Assembly (NCBI GenBank): GCA_965199715.1
Contig: OZ241322.1
Location: 288,001 to 352,000 of the forward strand
DNA: 64,000 nucleotides
Source: Vicinamibacteria bacterium
GTDB taxonomy: Bacteria > Acidobacteriota > Vicinamibacteria > Marinacidobacterales > Marinacidobacteraceae
Reading direction: 5' to 3'
Shown here: positions 18,391 to 27,441 of the stretch, one piece after another
Position numbering within the stretch: position 1 is the stretch's first letter
How the letters are laid out: every line of letters begins with the position of its first letter
Notes under the pieces: generated by a model
What the model saw: the letters and a program-made list of their open reading frames with translations, nothing else
Told to the model about the DNA's origin: nothing
Database searches by the model: none
Translations under genes and position numbers: made by a program

Positions 18391-20523
18391 ATGGGAGAAG
18401 CGATCACCGGCCGCGTCGTGGGCATGCATTGCGCCGGCTGCGTGGCGGGGGTCGAGCGTTCCGTAGGCGGCGTTCCGGGCGTGGCGGCGGCCAGCGCGAA
18501 CCTCGCGACTGGCGATCTCGCGGTCACGCTCGAGGGAGGGCGCACCGGGGACGGGGAGCTGCGAGCGACCCTCGCCGCCGCGGTCGAGTGCGCGGGCTAC
18601 CGGCTCGAGTGGCCCGAGGCGGAGGCCCCGCCGGACGCTCCGCCCGGCGTCCTGCTTCCGGCCGCCGGCCTCGCGCTCGCGTTGCTGACGATGGGGGCGG
18701 GGATGTCCGGAGCCGGCCTCCTCGTCCAGTTCCTCCTCGCCACGCCGGTGGTGCTGATCCTCGGCCGCATCCACCTCGTCGCGCTGGTCCGGGCGTTCCG
18801 GTACCGGGCGTTCGGCATGGAGAGCCTCATCGGCCTCGGCGCCGGGACCGCGTGGGCGGCCTCCACGACGAATCTCCTGGGCTTCGCCCCGCCGGACCTC
18901 ACGTTCTTCGACACCGCTGCGATGCTCGTCGCGATCGTGAACGTCGGGCGCTGGATCGAAGCGCGCGCCCGGGGACGGGCGTCGGACGCGCTGCGGAAGC
19001 TGCTCCTGCTCCAGCCGCGCACGGCGCGCCTCCTTGCGGACGGCGCGGAGGCGGAGACTCCCGTCGAGGCGGTGCGGGCGGGTCAGGTGATCGGGGTGCG
19101 CCCCGGAGAGCGCGTTCCCCTCGACGGGCGCATCGTCCGCGGCGGCGCCGCGCTCGACGAATCGGTGTTGACCGGCGAGAGCGCGCCGGTGGATCGCGGC
19201 GAGGGCGACCTCGTCGCGGCGGGGGCGCTGAACCGGAGCGGCTGGATCGAGCTGGAAGTCCTGCGCCCGGCGTCCGAGAGCGCGCTGCAGCGGATCGCCG
19301 CCGCGGTGAAGCAAGCGCAGGCCGAGAAGATCCCGCTCCAGCGCCTCGCCGACCGCGCGGCTTCGGTGTTCGTGCCCGCGGTCATGGCCATCGGCGCGCT
19401 CACTCTGCTGGGCTGGCTGGCTTCGGGCGCCGCCGGCGGCTTCGCGCTGGCGCGGGCGGTCGCGGTGGTGGTCGTGGCGTGTCCGTGCGCCGTCGGTCTC
19501 GCCGCCCCGATCGCGGTGCTCGTGGCGACCGGCGAGTCCGCCCGGCGGGGCGTGCTCTTTCGCAACGGCGCGGCGCTCGAGACGCTGGCGTCGGTGCGGG
19601 CGGTGGCCTTCGACAAGACCGGCACGGTGACCGAGGGCGAGCCCGAGGTACTGCGCGTCGTCGCCGGGGAAGGGGTCGGCGAGGAGCGGTTGTTGACGCT
19701 CGCGGCGTCGGCGGAATCGCGGTCCGAGCACCCGCTCGCGCTCGCGTTGATGCGCTACGCGAAGGATCGCGGGATCGATCCCGAGCCGCTGGAACGGTTC
19801 GAGGCGCTTCCCGGCCGCGGGGTCTTGGCCACGCTCGCGGACGGATCGGAAATCCTCGCGGGGAGCAACCGGGTCCTGCCCGGCTGGGATCCAGGGGACG
19901 GCGGCGAGGCCTCGGGGCGGCTGCATGTGTTCCGCGACGGAGCCTGGATCGGCTCGGTCGGATTCCGCGACCGCCCCCGGCCCGAGGCCGCGGAGGCGGT
20001 CCGGACGCTGCGCGAGCGGGGCCTCCACGTGTCGCTGCTGTCGGGGGACGCTCCGGGCGCCGTCGCCGCGATCGGGCGGGATCTCGGCTTCGACGAGGCT
20101 TCGGGGGGACTGCTTCCCGAGGAGAAGCGCAGCGCGCTGGACCGGATCCGCGAGCGCCGGGGCCCGGTCGCGATGGTCGGCGACGGGCTGAACGACGCCC
20201 CGGCGCTCGCCCACGCCGACGTCGGGATCGCGCTGTCGAGCGGGGCCGACGTGGCGCGGGCGGCGTCGGGAGTCACGCTGATGAAGGCCGACCTGCGCCT
20301 TGCGGGCGCGTCCATCGCGACCGCGCGCCGCGCCGTGCGGATCATCCGGCAGAACCTCGGCTGGGCGTTTGGATACAACCTCGCGGCGATCCCCTTGGCG
20401 GCGGGGGTGCTGCACCCGCTCACCGGCGTTCTCATCGCGCCGGAGGCCGCAGCGCTCGCGATGGTGCTGTCGTCGCTGTCGGTCGTGCTGAACGCGCTCC
20501 GGCTGCGGCGGAACCCGGCCTAG
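18391..20523 (+). CDS. copA: Heavy-metal P1B-type ATPase, Cu(I)-exporting CopA-like
   Basis: HMA GMHCAGC, TGES, CPC, DKTGT, SEHPLA, GDGLND, YN and MxxSS TM motifs. Confidence 0.88.
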   Translation: MGEAITGRVVGMHCAGCVAGVERSVGGVPGVAAASANLATGDLAVTLEGGRTGDGELRATLAAAVECAGYRLEWPEAEAPPDAPPGVLLPAAGLALALLTMGAGMSGAGLLVQFLLATPVVLILGRIHLVALVRAFRYRAFGMESLIGLGAGTAWAASTTNLLGFAPPDLTFFDTAAMLVAIVNVGRWIEARARGRASDALRKLLLLQPRTARLLADGAEAETPVEAVRAGQVIGVRPGERVPLDGRIVRGGAALDESVLTGESAPVDRGEGDLVAAGALNRSGWIELEVLRPASESALQRIAAAVKQAQAEKIPLQRLADRAASVFVPAVMAIGALTLLGWLASGAAGGFALARAVAVVVVACPCAVGLAAPIAVLVATGESARRGVLFRNGAALETLASVRAVAFDKTGTVTEGEPEVLRVVAGEGVGEERLLTLAASAESRSEHPLALALMRYAKDRGIDPEPLERFEALPGRGVLATLADGSEILAGSNRVLPGWDPGDGGEASGRLHVFRDGAWIGSVGFRDRPRPEAAEAVRTLRERGLHVSLLSGDAPGAVAAIGRDLGFDEASGGLLPEEKRSALDRIRERRGPVAMVGDGLNDAPALAHADVGIALSSGADVARAASGVTLMKADLRLAGASIATARRAVRIIRQNLGWAFGYNLAAIPLAAGVLHPLTGVLIAPEAAALAMVLSSLSVVLNALRLRRNPA

Positions 20524-23366
20524 CCGGCTCGGGGACGCCGTCCGGAGAAGCGCCGCCGCCGGGGCGGGGGCCGCTCGGGTTCCGGCTTGGGGGCGCGCGC
20601 GACGATCTCCTCGACCCGCTTGCGCAGGATGTCCAGGGCGTCGCGCGCCGACGGAGCCAGCGCCGGGCCCGCCGCCCGCGCCCGGCGCAACAGCCGAGTC
20701 GCCTTGTCCGCCGCCTCGCGCGCGGTGGCGTCGCGGTCGTGGGCCCCGCCCTCGGCGAGCGCTCGCTTCAAGTGGTCCGCCATCGCCCGGACGCCGTTTC
20801 CGTCCCTGCCGAACTTCCGCACCGGCGCGAGCGTCTCGAGCGAGTCTCCGATCTCGGCCAGCTTCGCCTCGAGCCGGGCCTGGTCCAGCGGTCCGCCGTC
20901 GAAGGTCTCCGCCGCCTCGTCGAACGCTTCGCCGAGAAGCGTCAACAGCCGGTCGCGCGCCGCTCCGGCGTCGGGCGATTCGAGCCCGAGAACGCGGCGG
21001 TAGGCGGGCCAGATCTCGACGCCGGCGGCGGCCCGGTCGGAGGCGGGAAGCCCGCCGAGCGCCGCGACCGCTTCCTCGAAGGAGGCGAGGGCGTCGCGAT
21101 CCGCGTCCTCGAGCGGCTCCGGCGGAGGGGGCCGGTCGCGGGCGCCGTCGCAGGCGTCGCGGAATCGATTCCACATCGGCTCCACGTGCTTGCGGGGAAC
21201 CTGCGCGGACGCCTTCCAGCGCGCCATGAGGTCGCGGACCGCGTCGCGCACCTCGCTCGGATTGGCCTTCGCGGCGAGCGCCTCGGCTGCCCCGATGAGC
21301 GTCTCGCGGGCGGCGATGGCCTCGGCGAACCCGGCCTCGCGCTCCTTGCGCGACGCCTTCCAACCGGCGAAGAACTCGTCGTTCGCCTTGCGGAACCGGC
21401 GGTACACGGGCTCGGAGCGCTTCCCGCAGCCCTTGGCGTTCTCGCGGAACGCCGGCATCAGGTCGCGCATCTCGCCCACGCGGGCGAAATCGCCCGCGGC
21501 GGCGATCTCCTCGGCGGTCTCGGCGAGCTTCTCGAGCGCCGCGAGCTTCCCTTCGAGATCCTTCGCGGCCTGCGCGCGCAGCGGGGCGACGCGCTCGAGG
21601 AGGCGCTCCCGCGCCTCGGTCCACCGATTCCAGAGCTCCTGACCGCGCTCGGGATGGGCCTTGCGCACTGCCCTCCATGAATTCTCCAGCGTGCGCAACT
21701 CCCGATCCACGCGGGCGAGATCCTCGACCTCGACGAGCGCTTCGGCGGACTCGATGAGCTCCGCCTGCGAGCCGAGGTTGGACCACCGCTGCCAGTCGAG
21801 CAGCTCCCGCGCCTCCCGAACCCGGGGGAGGAGCGCGCTGCGGCGGCGGTCGAGCCGCGCGCGGCGGTCCGGAGCGACCCGCTTCCAGAAGCCGCCGTCC
21901 GCCCGCGCGGCGGCGAGGTCGCGCAGCGCCCCCTCGGCTTCGTCCAGCGAAAGCGGGTCGGCTTCGGCGAGCGACTCGAAGCGCTTCTCCAAGGCCTCGA
22001 TCCGTTCGCGCGCCGCCGCGACCCGGCTCTCGCGGGACGCCTTCGCCGCCGCGGCCAGCTCGCGGGCGCGCGCGGCGGCCTGCTGGATGCGTTCGCCGTC
22101 GACGGAATTGCGAAGCTCCTCGGGCGCGGACGCGAAACGCGACTCGACGTGGGCGAGCTCGCGGCCCGACGGCGGTGGACCGTTCCGGTCCTCGGACTCG
22201 AACGCCTTCACGAGAGCCTCAGCCCGATCCACGAGCTCGCCGAATTCGTAGGCGACGACCTTCCGCCGCTTGCGTTCGCGGGCGGCGTCGCGTGCCTTTC
22301 CGGCCGCGGTCCGCAGGCGCTCGAACCAGGGACCGGCGCCGCGCTTTCCCTCGAGTGCGCGTCGCGCGTCCCGCTCGATGGCCGCGATCCGGTCCAGCAG
22401 CAGCGAGTCGGTCCCGGCCTCGAGCTCCTCGAGCAGCGCGTCCGCCTCGGGGAACTCCGGGGGCCGGGGGGCGACCGGAGCGGCGACCGCGGGCCGCTCG
22501 ACTTCGAGACGGCGGCTCGGCGCCCGCGATTCCCTCGCGGCGGCCGCGGCCTCGCGCCGCTGGCGCAGCAGCGCCTCGGCGGCTTCCGAGACCGGCCCCT
22601 CGGCGGCGAGCGCCTCGGCGCTCGGGAGATCCGTGCCGTTCGCGTCGCCGACGAGCGCGAGAACCTGACGGGTTCGCTCCTCCACCCGGTAGGGGTGGTC
22701 CGCGGGAAGCCGCGCCTCGGCCCGCCGCCGGGCGAGGCGGCGCACCTGCGGCGCGGCGTTGCCCTGGGCCACGGCGAGGAGACGGTCGGGGTCGTCGAGC
22801 CGGCGCACGGCCGCCTGGCCGGCTTCGAGCGCACCCGGCGCCGAGGCGACCTGCACGAGCGCGTCCTCCGACGTGACCGCGGCGAGCGCCCGGCGGCGGG
22901 CCTCGGGGTCGCGGGCGCGTCCGGCGACCCGCGCGAGCGCCGGATCGCGGGTCGAACCGTTGGCGGTCATCGCGAGCAGGCGCTCCAGCGCCTCGTCGCG
23001 CAGCTCCCGGAAGTGCGCGCGGACCGCCACGTCCGCCACGCGAAGCGGCGGCTCGAGCAGCGCGAGCGCCCGGCGGGATTCGGCCAGATCGCGCTTGTCG
23101 GCGGCGATCGTAGTCAGAAGCGACTCGGCCCGGCCCCGCGCCAGGGCGCGCTCCTCGTCGTCCCGGGCGGTCTCGACGAGCTCGAGCAGCGCCCGCGGCA
23201 GCTCGATCCGCCGGATGGCCTCCCGGCGCACGCGGGGATCCGCGTCCTCCTTCGCGCGTTCCACCAGCGGGCCGACGTCGGTCGCCGGATGGCGGTGAAT
23301 GGCGCGGATTCGGGCCTCGGGATCCCGGCTCCGAAGGGGAGAGGAAAAGCGGTCGAGTACGGACAT
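20520..23366 (-). CDS. DUF349-like helical/coiled-coil protein with N-terminal HEAT-like repeats
   Basis: D.DP.VRR.A repeats; W.RWSN....AELI, W......P.....LW.RF..A.D repeats. Confidence 0.7.
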   Translation of the reverse strand: MSVLDRFSSPLRSRDPEARIRAIHRHPATDVGPLVERAKEDADPRVRREAIRRIELPRALLELVETARDDEERALARGRAESLLTTIAADKRDLAESRRALALLEPPLRVADVAVRAHFRELRDEALERLLAMTANGSTRDPALARVAGRARDPEARRRALAAVTSEDALVQVASAPGALEAGQAAVRRLDDPDRLLAVAQGNAAPQVRRLARRRAEARLPADHPYRVEERTRQVLALVGDANGTDLPSAEALAAEGPVSEAAEALLRQRREAAAAARESRAPSRRLEVERPAVAAPVAPRPPEFPEADALLEELEAGTDSLLLDRIAAIERDARRALEGKRGAGPWFERLRTAAGKARDAARERKRRKVVAYEFGELVDRAEALVKAFESEDRNGPPPSGRELAHVESRFASAPEELRNSVDGERIQQAAARARELAAAAKASRESRVAAARERIEALEKRFESLAEADPLSLDEAEGALRDLAAARADGGFWKRVAPDRRARLDRRRSALLPRVREARELLDWQRWSNLGSQAELIESAEALVEVEDLARVDRELRTLENSWRAVRKAHPERGQELWNRWTEARERLLERVAPLRAQAAKDLEGKLAALEKLAETAEEIAAAGDFARVGEMRDLMPAFRENAKGCGKRSEPVYRRFRKANDEFFAGWKASRKEREAGFAEAIAARETLIGAAEALAAKANPSEVRDAVRDLMARWKASAQVPRKHVEPMWNRFRDACDGARDRPPPPEPLEDADRDALASFEEAVAALGGLPASDRAAAGVEIWPAYRRVLGLESPDAGAARDRLLTLLGEAFDEAAETFDGGPLDQARLEAKLAEIGDSLETLAPVRKFGRDGNGVRAMADHLKRALAEGGAHDRDATAREAADKATRLLRRARAAGPALAPSARDALDILRKRVEEIVARAPKPEPERPPPRRRRFSGRRPRAG

Positions 23367-23400
23367 GCTCCGGCGCGCGCGAAACTATAGCCTTCACCGC

Positions 23401-24573
23401 GTGCCGCCTCAGGCGGGCTCGTCCTCGGCCCGATTCCGCAACGCGGCGCTCGGGTCGCTGCTGGCGCTGGGCCTGCTGGACCAGCAGATCCTGACGCCGC
23501 TGATCGCCGCGCTGGCGCGGGGCCTCGACGCGGCCATCCCGGACGTCGGGTTCGCGATTTCGGCCTACGCGGTCGCCGCGGCGGCCGCGCAGCTCGTGAT
23601 CGGCCCGCTGTCGGACGGGAGCGGGCGGCGCCCGTGGCTGCTTGGGGCCGCCGGTCTCATGCTGGCGTCGGCGTTCGTGATTTCCACGGTGTCCGGGTAC
23701 GCGTGGTTTCTCGCCGCTCGCATCGGCGCCGGGGCCGCTGGCGGTGCGATCTCGGCGCTCGCGGTGGCGTGGGTGGCCGACGTGACCCCCTACGCCCGGC
23801 GGGGCCGCGTCATGGGGGCGATCCTCGGCGGGGCGATGGGCGTCGCCGCACTCGGACAGGTTCTCGGCGCCCGCGCGGCCACGAACGGCCACCAGCCGGT
23901 CTGGGGCGGACTCGCCGTGTTCGCGCTCCTCGTCCTCGGCGCGCTCTGGCGGCTGTCGGAGCCGCGGCGGGAACGCAACGGGGAGTCGCTGCGCGAACGG
24001 TTCCGCGGCTACGCGGCGTTCCTGCGGGCGCCGGGTCTGCGCGCCGCCGCGGGCGCCTCGTTCTTCGCGTCGGGAGGGGTCGTCGGGACCATGGCCTACG
24101 CGTCGGGCTGGATGCAGGAGACCCGGGGGTTCTCGCTCGCTTCCATGGGGCTTCTCTACGGCGTGTTCGGAGTCGTCATCCTGTTGACGCAACCCGTCGC
24201 CGGGCGGATCGCCGACCGGTTCGGCAAGCGCCGCGCCACCGTCGCGTCGTCGAGCCTCCTCGGATTCATGACGCTGCTGCTTCCGGCGGCGGGCGGGGCC
24301 GGGCTCGTCGTCCTCGTGCTCGCGTTCGGCAGCGTGAGCGTGGCCCGCATCTCCGCCTTCGCGGCGCTGCGAACCGGCCTCGTCCCGGGTTCCCGCCGGG
24401 CCGCGTTTCTCGCGTTCTCGAACACGCTCTCCCAACTGGGGATCGCCGCGGGAGCCGGTCTGGGAGGCGCGCTGCACCCCTACGGGTTCGACGTGACGTG
24501 CGTCGCGATGGCGGGGTTCGCGGCGATCGCCGCGCTTCTCCTCGCCCGAGTCCCCGAGCCGGGCGCCGCATGA
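23401..24573 (+). CDS. MFS transporter
   Basis: About 12 TM; GPLSDGSGRR and GRIADRFGKR motif A copies. Confidence 0.9.
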   Translation: MPPQAGSSSARFRNAALGSLLALGLLDQQILTPLIAALARGLDAAIPDVGFAISAYAVAAAAAQLVIGPLSDGSGRRPWLLGAAGLMLASAFVISTVSGYAWFLAARIGAGAAGGAISALAVAWVADVTPYARRGRVMGAILGGAMGVAALGQVLGARAATNGHQPVWGGLAVFALLVLGALWRLSEPRRERNGESLRERFRGYAAFLRAPGLRAAAGASFFASGGVVGTMAYASGWMQETRGFSLASMGLLYGVFGVVILLTQPVAGRIADRFGKRRATVASSSLLGFMTLLLPAAGGAGLVVLVLAFGSVSVARISAFAALRTGLVPGSRRAAFLAFSNTLSQLGIAAGAGLGGALHPYGFDVTCVAMAGFAAIAALLLARVPEPGAA

Positions 24574-25484
24574 GTCAGAAGCGCGTCCTCCGCATCCTCG
24601 GCGCGGGGGCGGTGCTCGCGCTGCTCGCAGCGCTGTCGCTGCCGGTCGGGATCGGAGCGCTTCTCGCCACCCGCGCCGGCACGAGGCCCCAGGACCGCGA
24701 CCTGCGGACGACGCCCTTCGATCACGGGCGCTCCTTCCGGACGGTGTTCCTCGACACCCGCGACGGGGTCCGGGTCGCCGCGTGGCTGATCCGGGCGGCG
24801 GGGCCGGGCGACTGCGCGGTGGTGCTCTCCCACGGCCTGTTCCGCTCGCGGCGCGAGGTCCTCGACCGCGCCGCGTGGCTTTCGGGCGCGGGTTGCGAGG
24901 TCGTGACCCCGGACCTGCGCAAGCACGGGGGCACCGTGGGCGGAAGCACCACGCTCGGCGACCGGGAGCGCTACGACGTGCTCGCCGCGCACGACTTTCT
25001 CGCCCGCGAGTTTCCCCGCTCCCGCCGCTTCCTGATGGGGGTCTCCATGGGCGGCGCCGCCTCGGTCGCCGCCGCCTCGCTGGCCGCGCCGCCGCCCGCC
25101 GGCGTGGTGGCGGACAGCACCTTCCGCAACGCCCCGAACGTCATGGACCAGTACGCGCGGGTGTTCTTCGGGCTGCCCTCGTTTCCGGCCACGAACCTCG
25201 CTCGGCTCGGGATGCGGCTCGCGGGCGGGCACTCGCCCAGCGCGTTCGACGTCGAGGCGCTCTCGCGGGAACTCGGGGAGCGGGGAATCCCGATCCTGGT
25301 CCTCGCGGGGACGGAGGACCGGCGCGCCCCGATCGCCGAGCAGGAAGCTATCTTTCGCGCCAATTCCTCCGCCCGGAGCCGCTTCCTCCCGGTCGCGGGG
25401 GCCGCGCACGGCCGGCCCTGTTTCGCGGCGCCGGTTCGCTGCCGGGCCGCGCTCGCGGACTTTCTGGATCTCGCCACTCAATGA
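24570..25484 (+). CDS. Alpha/beta hydrolase, N-terminal TM
   Basis: SHGL, DLRKHG, GVSMG nucleophile elbow, D (GTEDRR) and H (GAAHG). Confidence 0.88.
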   Translation: MSQKRVLRILGAGAVLALLAALSLPVGIGALLATRAGTRPQDRDLRTTPFDHGRSFRTVFLDTRDGVRVAAWLIRAAGPGDCAVVLSHGLFRSRREVLDRAAWLSGAGCEVVTPDLRKHGGTVGGSTTLGDRERYDVLAAHDFLAREFPRSRRFLMGVSMGGAASVAAASLAAPPPAGVVADSTFRNAPNVMDQYARVFFGLPSFPATNLARLGMRLAGGHSPSAFDVEALSRELGERGIPILVLAGTEDRRAPIAEQEAIFRANSSARSRFLPVAGAAHGRPCFAAPVRCRAALADFLDLATQ

Positions 25485-26908
25485 ACAGCCATTCCCCAGA
25501 CACCAATCTCGAGCAGAGCGTCGCGAGGCAGGTCCGGCGGGCCGCCGCCGCGCTGAAGCTCCCCCGCGGGCTGCTCGACCAGATCCGCCTCACCGACAAC
25601 GTCCTGCTCACCCGGTTCCCGGTCCGGTTCGGGGACAAGGTCGAGGTGTTCACCGGCTGGCGGGCCGAACACAGCCACCACCGGCACCCGCTCAAGGGCG
25701 GCATCCGGTTCAGCCCGCTCGTCGATCAGCAGGAGATCAGCGCGCTCGCGGCGCTCATGACCTTCAAGTGCGCGATCGTGAACGTGCCGTTCGGCGGGTC
25801 CAAGGGCGGGATCGCCTTCGAGCCGCGCAACTACAGCGCCGAGCAGATCGAGAAGATCACCCGGCGGTACACCGCCGAGCTGATACGCAAGAACTTCATC
25901 GGGCCGGGAGTCAACGTGCCGGCGCCCGACCTCGGCACCGGCTCCCGCGAGATGGCGTGGATCGCCGACACCTACGACGCGATGCATCCCGGGCAGGTGG
26001 ACAACTTCGCCTGCGTCACCGGAAAGCCGGTGACCCAGGGCGGCATCCGGGGCAGGGAGGACGCCACCGGGCGGGGGGTCATCATGGGCGTGAGTCGGGC
26101 GCTCGACTTCCCCGGCGACTTCCGCTCGTCGGGCCTCACCCGCGGTCTCGAGGGAAAACGGCTCGCGATCCAGGGGTTCGGCAACGTGGGGTTCCACACC
26201 GCGGACATCGGGATCCGCCGGGGCGCGGTCGTGACCGCGGTAGGCGAGTGGGACGCGACCGTCGCGAGCCGCCGGCCCGAGGGCCTCGCGCCGCGGGACC
26301 TGTTCGAGTGGAAGCGTCAGCATGGAACCATTCGGGGGTTCCCCGGAGCGGACGAGGAACTGCCTCCGGGAGCGATCCTCGAACACCCCTGCGACGTGCT
26401 GATTCCGGCCGCGATCGAGAACGTGATCACCTCGGAGACCGCCCCGAGGGTGCAAGCGCGGCTCATCGCCGAAGCCGCGAACGGCCCGACGACTCCCGAG
26501 GGGGGCGCGGTGCTGCGCGAACGCGGCATTCCGGTGATCCCCGACGTGTACCTGAACGCGGGCGGAGTGATCGTGTCCTATTTCGAGTGGGCGCGGAACC
26601 TCTCGCACATGCGCTTCGGCCTCATGGAGAAGCGCCTCGAGATCGCGAACACCGACGCGCTGCTGCGCGCCGCCGAGACGCTGGCGGGGCGGGAGCTGAG
26701 CGACCGCGACCGCCGCGACCTGCTCATCCGGTCGGATGAGCGGGAACTCGTGGTCAGCGGCCTGGAGGAGAAGATGTTCCACGCCTGGGACGAAATCCGC
26801 GAGGCGCGCGGGCGGCTTCCAGAGTCCGGAGACCTTCGGCAGGCGGCGTTCGTCGTCGCCGCGGACAAGATCCGGCGCAGCTACGAGGAGCTGGGCATCT
26901 TCCCCTGA
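25481..26908 (+). CDS. gdh: Glutamate dehydrogenase (Glu/Leu/Phe/Val DH family)
   Basis: KGGIRF, MTFKCA, GGSKGG, VPAPDLGT, QGFGNVG, EAANGP, NAGGVIVSYFEW. Confidence 0.94.
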   Translation: MNSHSPDTNLEQSVARQVRRAAAALKLPRGLLDQIRLTDNVLLTRFPVRFGDKVEVFTGWRAEHSHHRHPLKGGIRFSPLVDQQEISALAALMTFKCAIVNVPFGGSKGGIAFEPRNYSAEQIEKITRRYTAELIRKNFIGPGVNVPAPDLGTGSREMAWIADTYDAMHPGQVDNFACVTGKPVTQGGIRGREDATGRGVIMGVSRALDFPGDFRSSGLTRGLEGKRLAIQGFGNVGFHTADIGIRRGAVVTAVGEWDATVASRRPEGLAPRDLFEWKRQHGTIRGFPGADEELPPGAILEHPCDVLIPAAIENVITSETAPRVQARLIAEAANGPTTPEGGAVLRERGIPVIPDVYLNAGGVIVSYFEWARNLSHMRFGLMEKRLEIANTDALLRAAETLAGRELSDRDRRDLLIRSDERELVVSGLEEKMFHAWDEIREARGRLPESGDLRQAAFVVAADKIRRSYEELGIFP

Positions 26909-27441
26909 TGACGATCGCGAACCAGCTCACGCTGCTGCGGCTGCTCCTCGCCCCGGTGGTGGTGATGTGCATCGTGTACGGGCGCTTCGGCTGGGCCATC
27001 GCGGCCTTCGTCCTCGCCGGCGTGACCGACGCCCTGGACGGGGGCCTGGCCCGCCGGCGCAACGAGCGCAGCCGCCTCGGGGCGGTGCTGGACCCGGTGG
27101 CCGACAAGGCGCTCATCGCCTCGGCGGTGGTGACGCTCTCGCTGGAGCTTCCCGGACTCGACATCCGGCTCCCGGCGTGGCTCGCCATCATGGTGCTGGC
27201 TCGCGACGCGACGATCCTGATCGTGGCCGCGTCGTACAACCTCGCCATCGGGCCGCGGGACTTCACGCCGAGCCGCCTCGGGAAGGGGACGACCGTCGCC
27301 TACGTGGCCGGAGTTCTCTGGATCCTCGTCGCCAACTACGCGGGGATCGTCCACCCGCTCACGACCGCGCTCATTGCGCTCATGGCCGCCGGCACCGTGA
27401 TCACGTCGGTGCAGTACCTGTGGAGGATCCGCGACCTCTGA
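26908..27441 (+). CDS. CDP-alcohol phosphatidyltransferase family protein
   Basis: MTIANQLTLLR, DALDGGLARR....S.LG..LDPVADK, RD, PSRLGK. Confidence 0.88.
   Translation: MTIANQLTLLRLLLAPVVVMCIVYGRFGWAIAAFVLAGVTDALDGGLARRRNERSRLGAVLDPVADKALIASAVVTLSLELPGLDIRLPAWLAIMVLARDATILIVAASYNLAIGPRDFTPSRLGKGTTVAYVAGVLWILVANYAGIVHPLTTALIALMAAGTVITSVQYLWRIRDL

Noticed and set aside
15985-21786. 1933-aa minus ORF and 1396-aa plus ORF (17490..21680)
   Set aside because: Shadow frames caused by stop-codon scarcity; only the last ~286 aa of the minus ORF (GDPD) is real.
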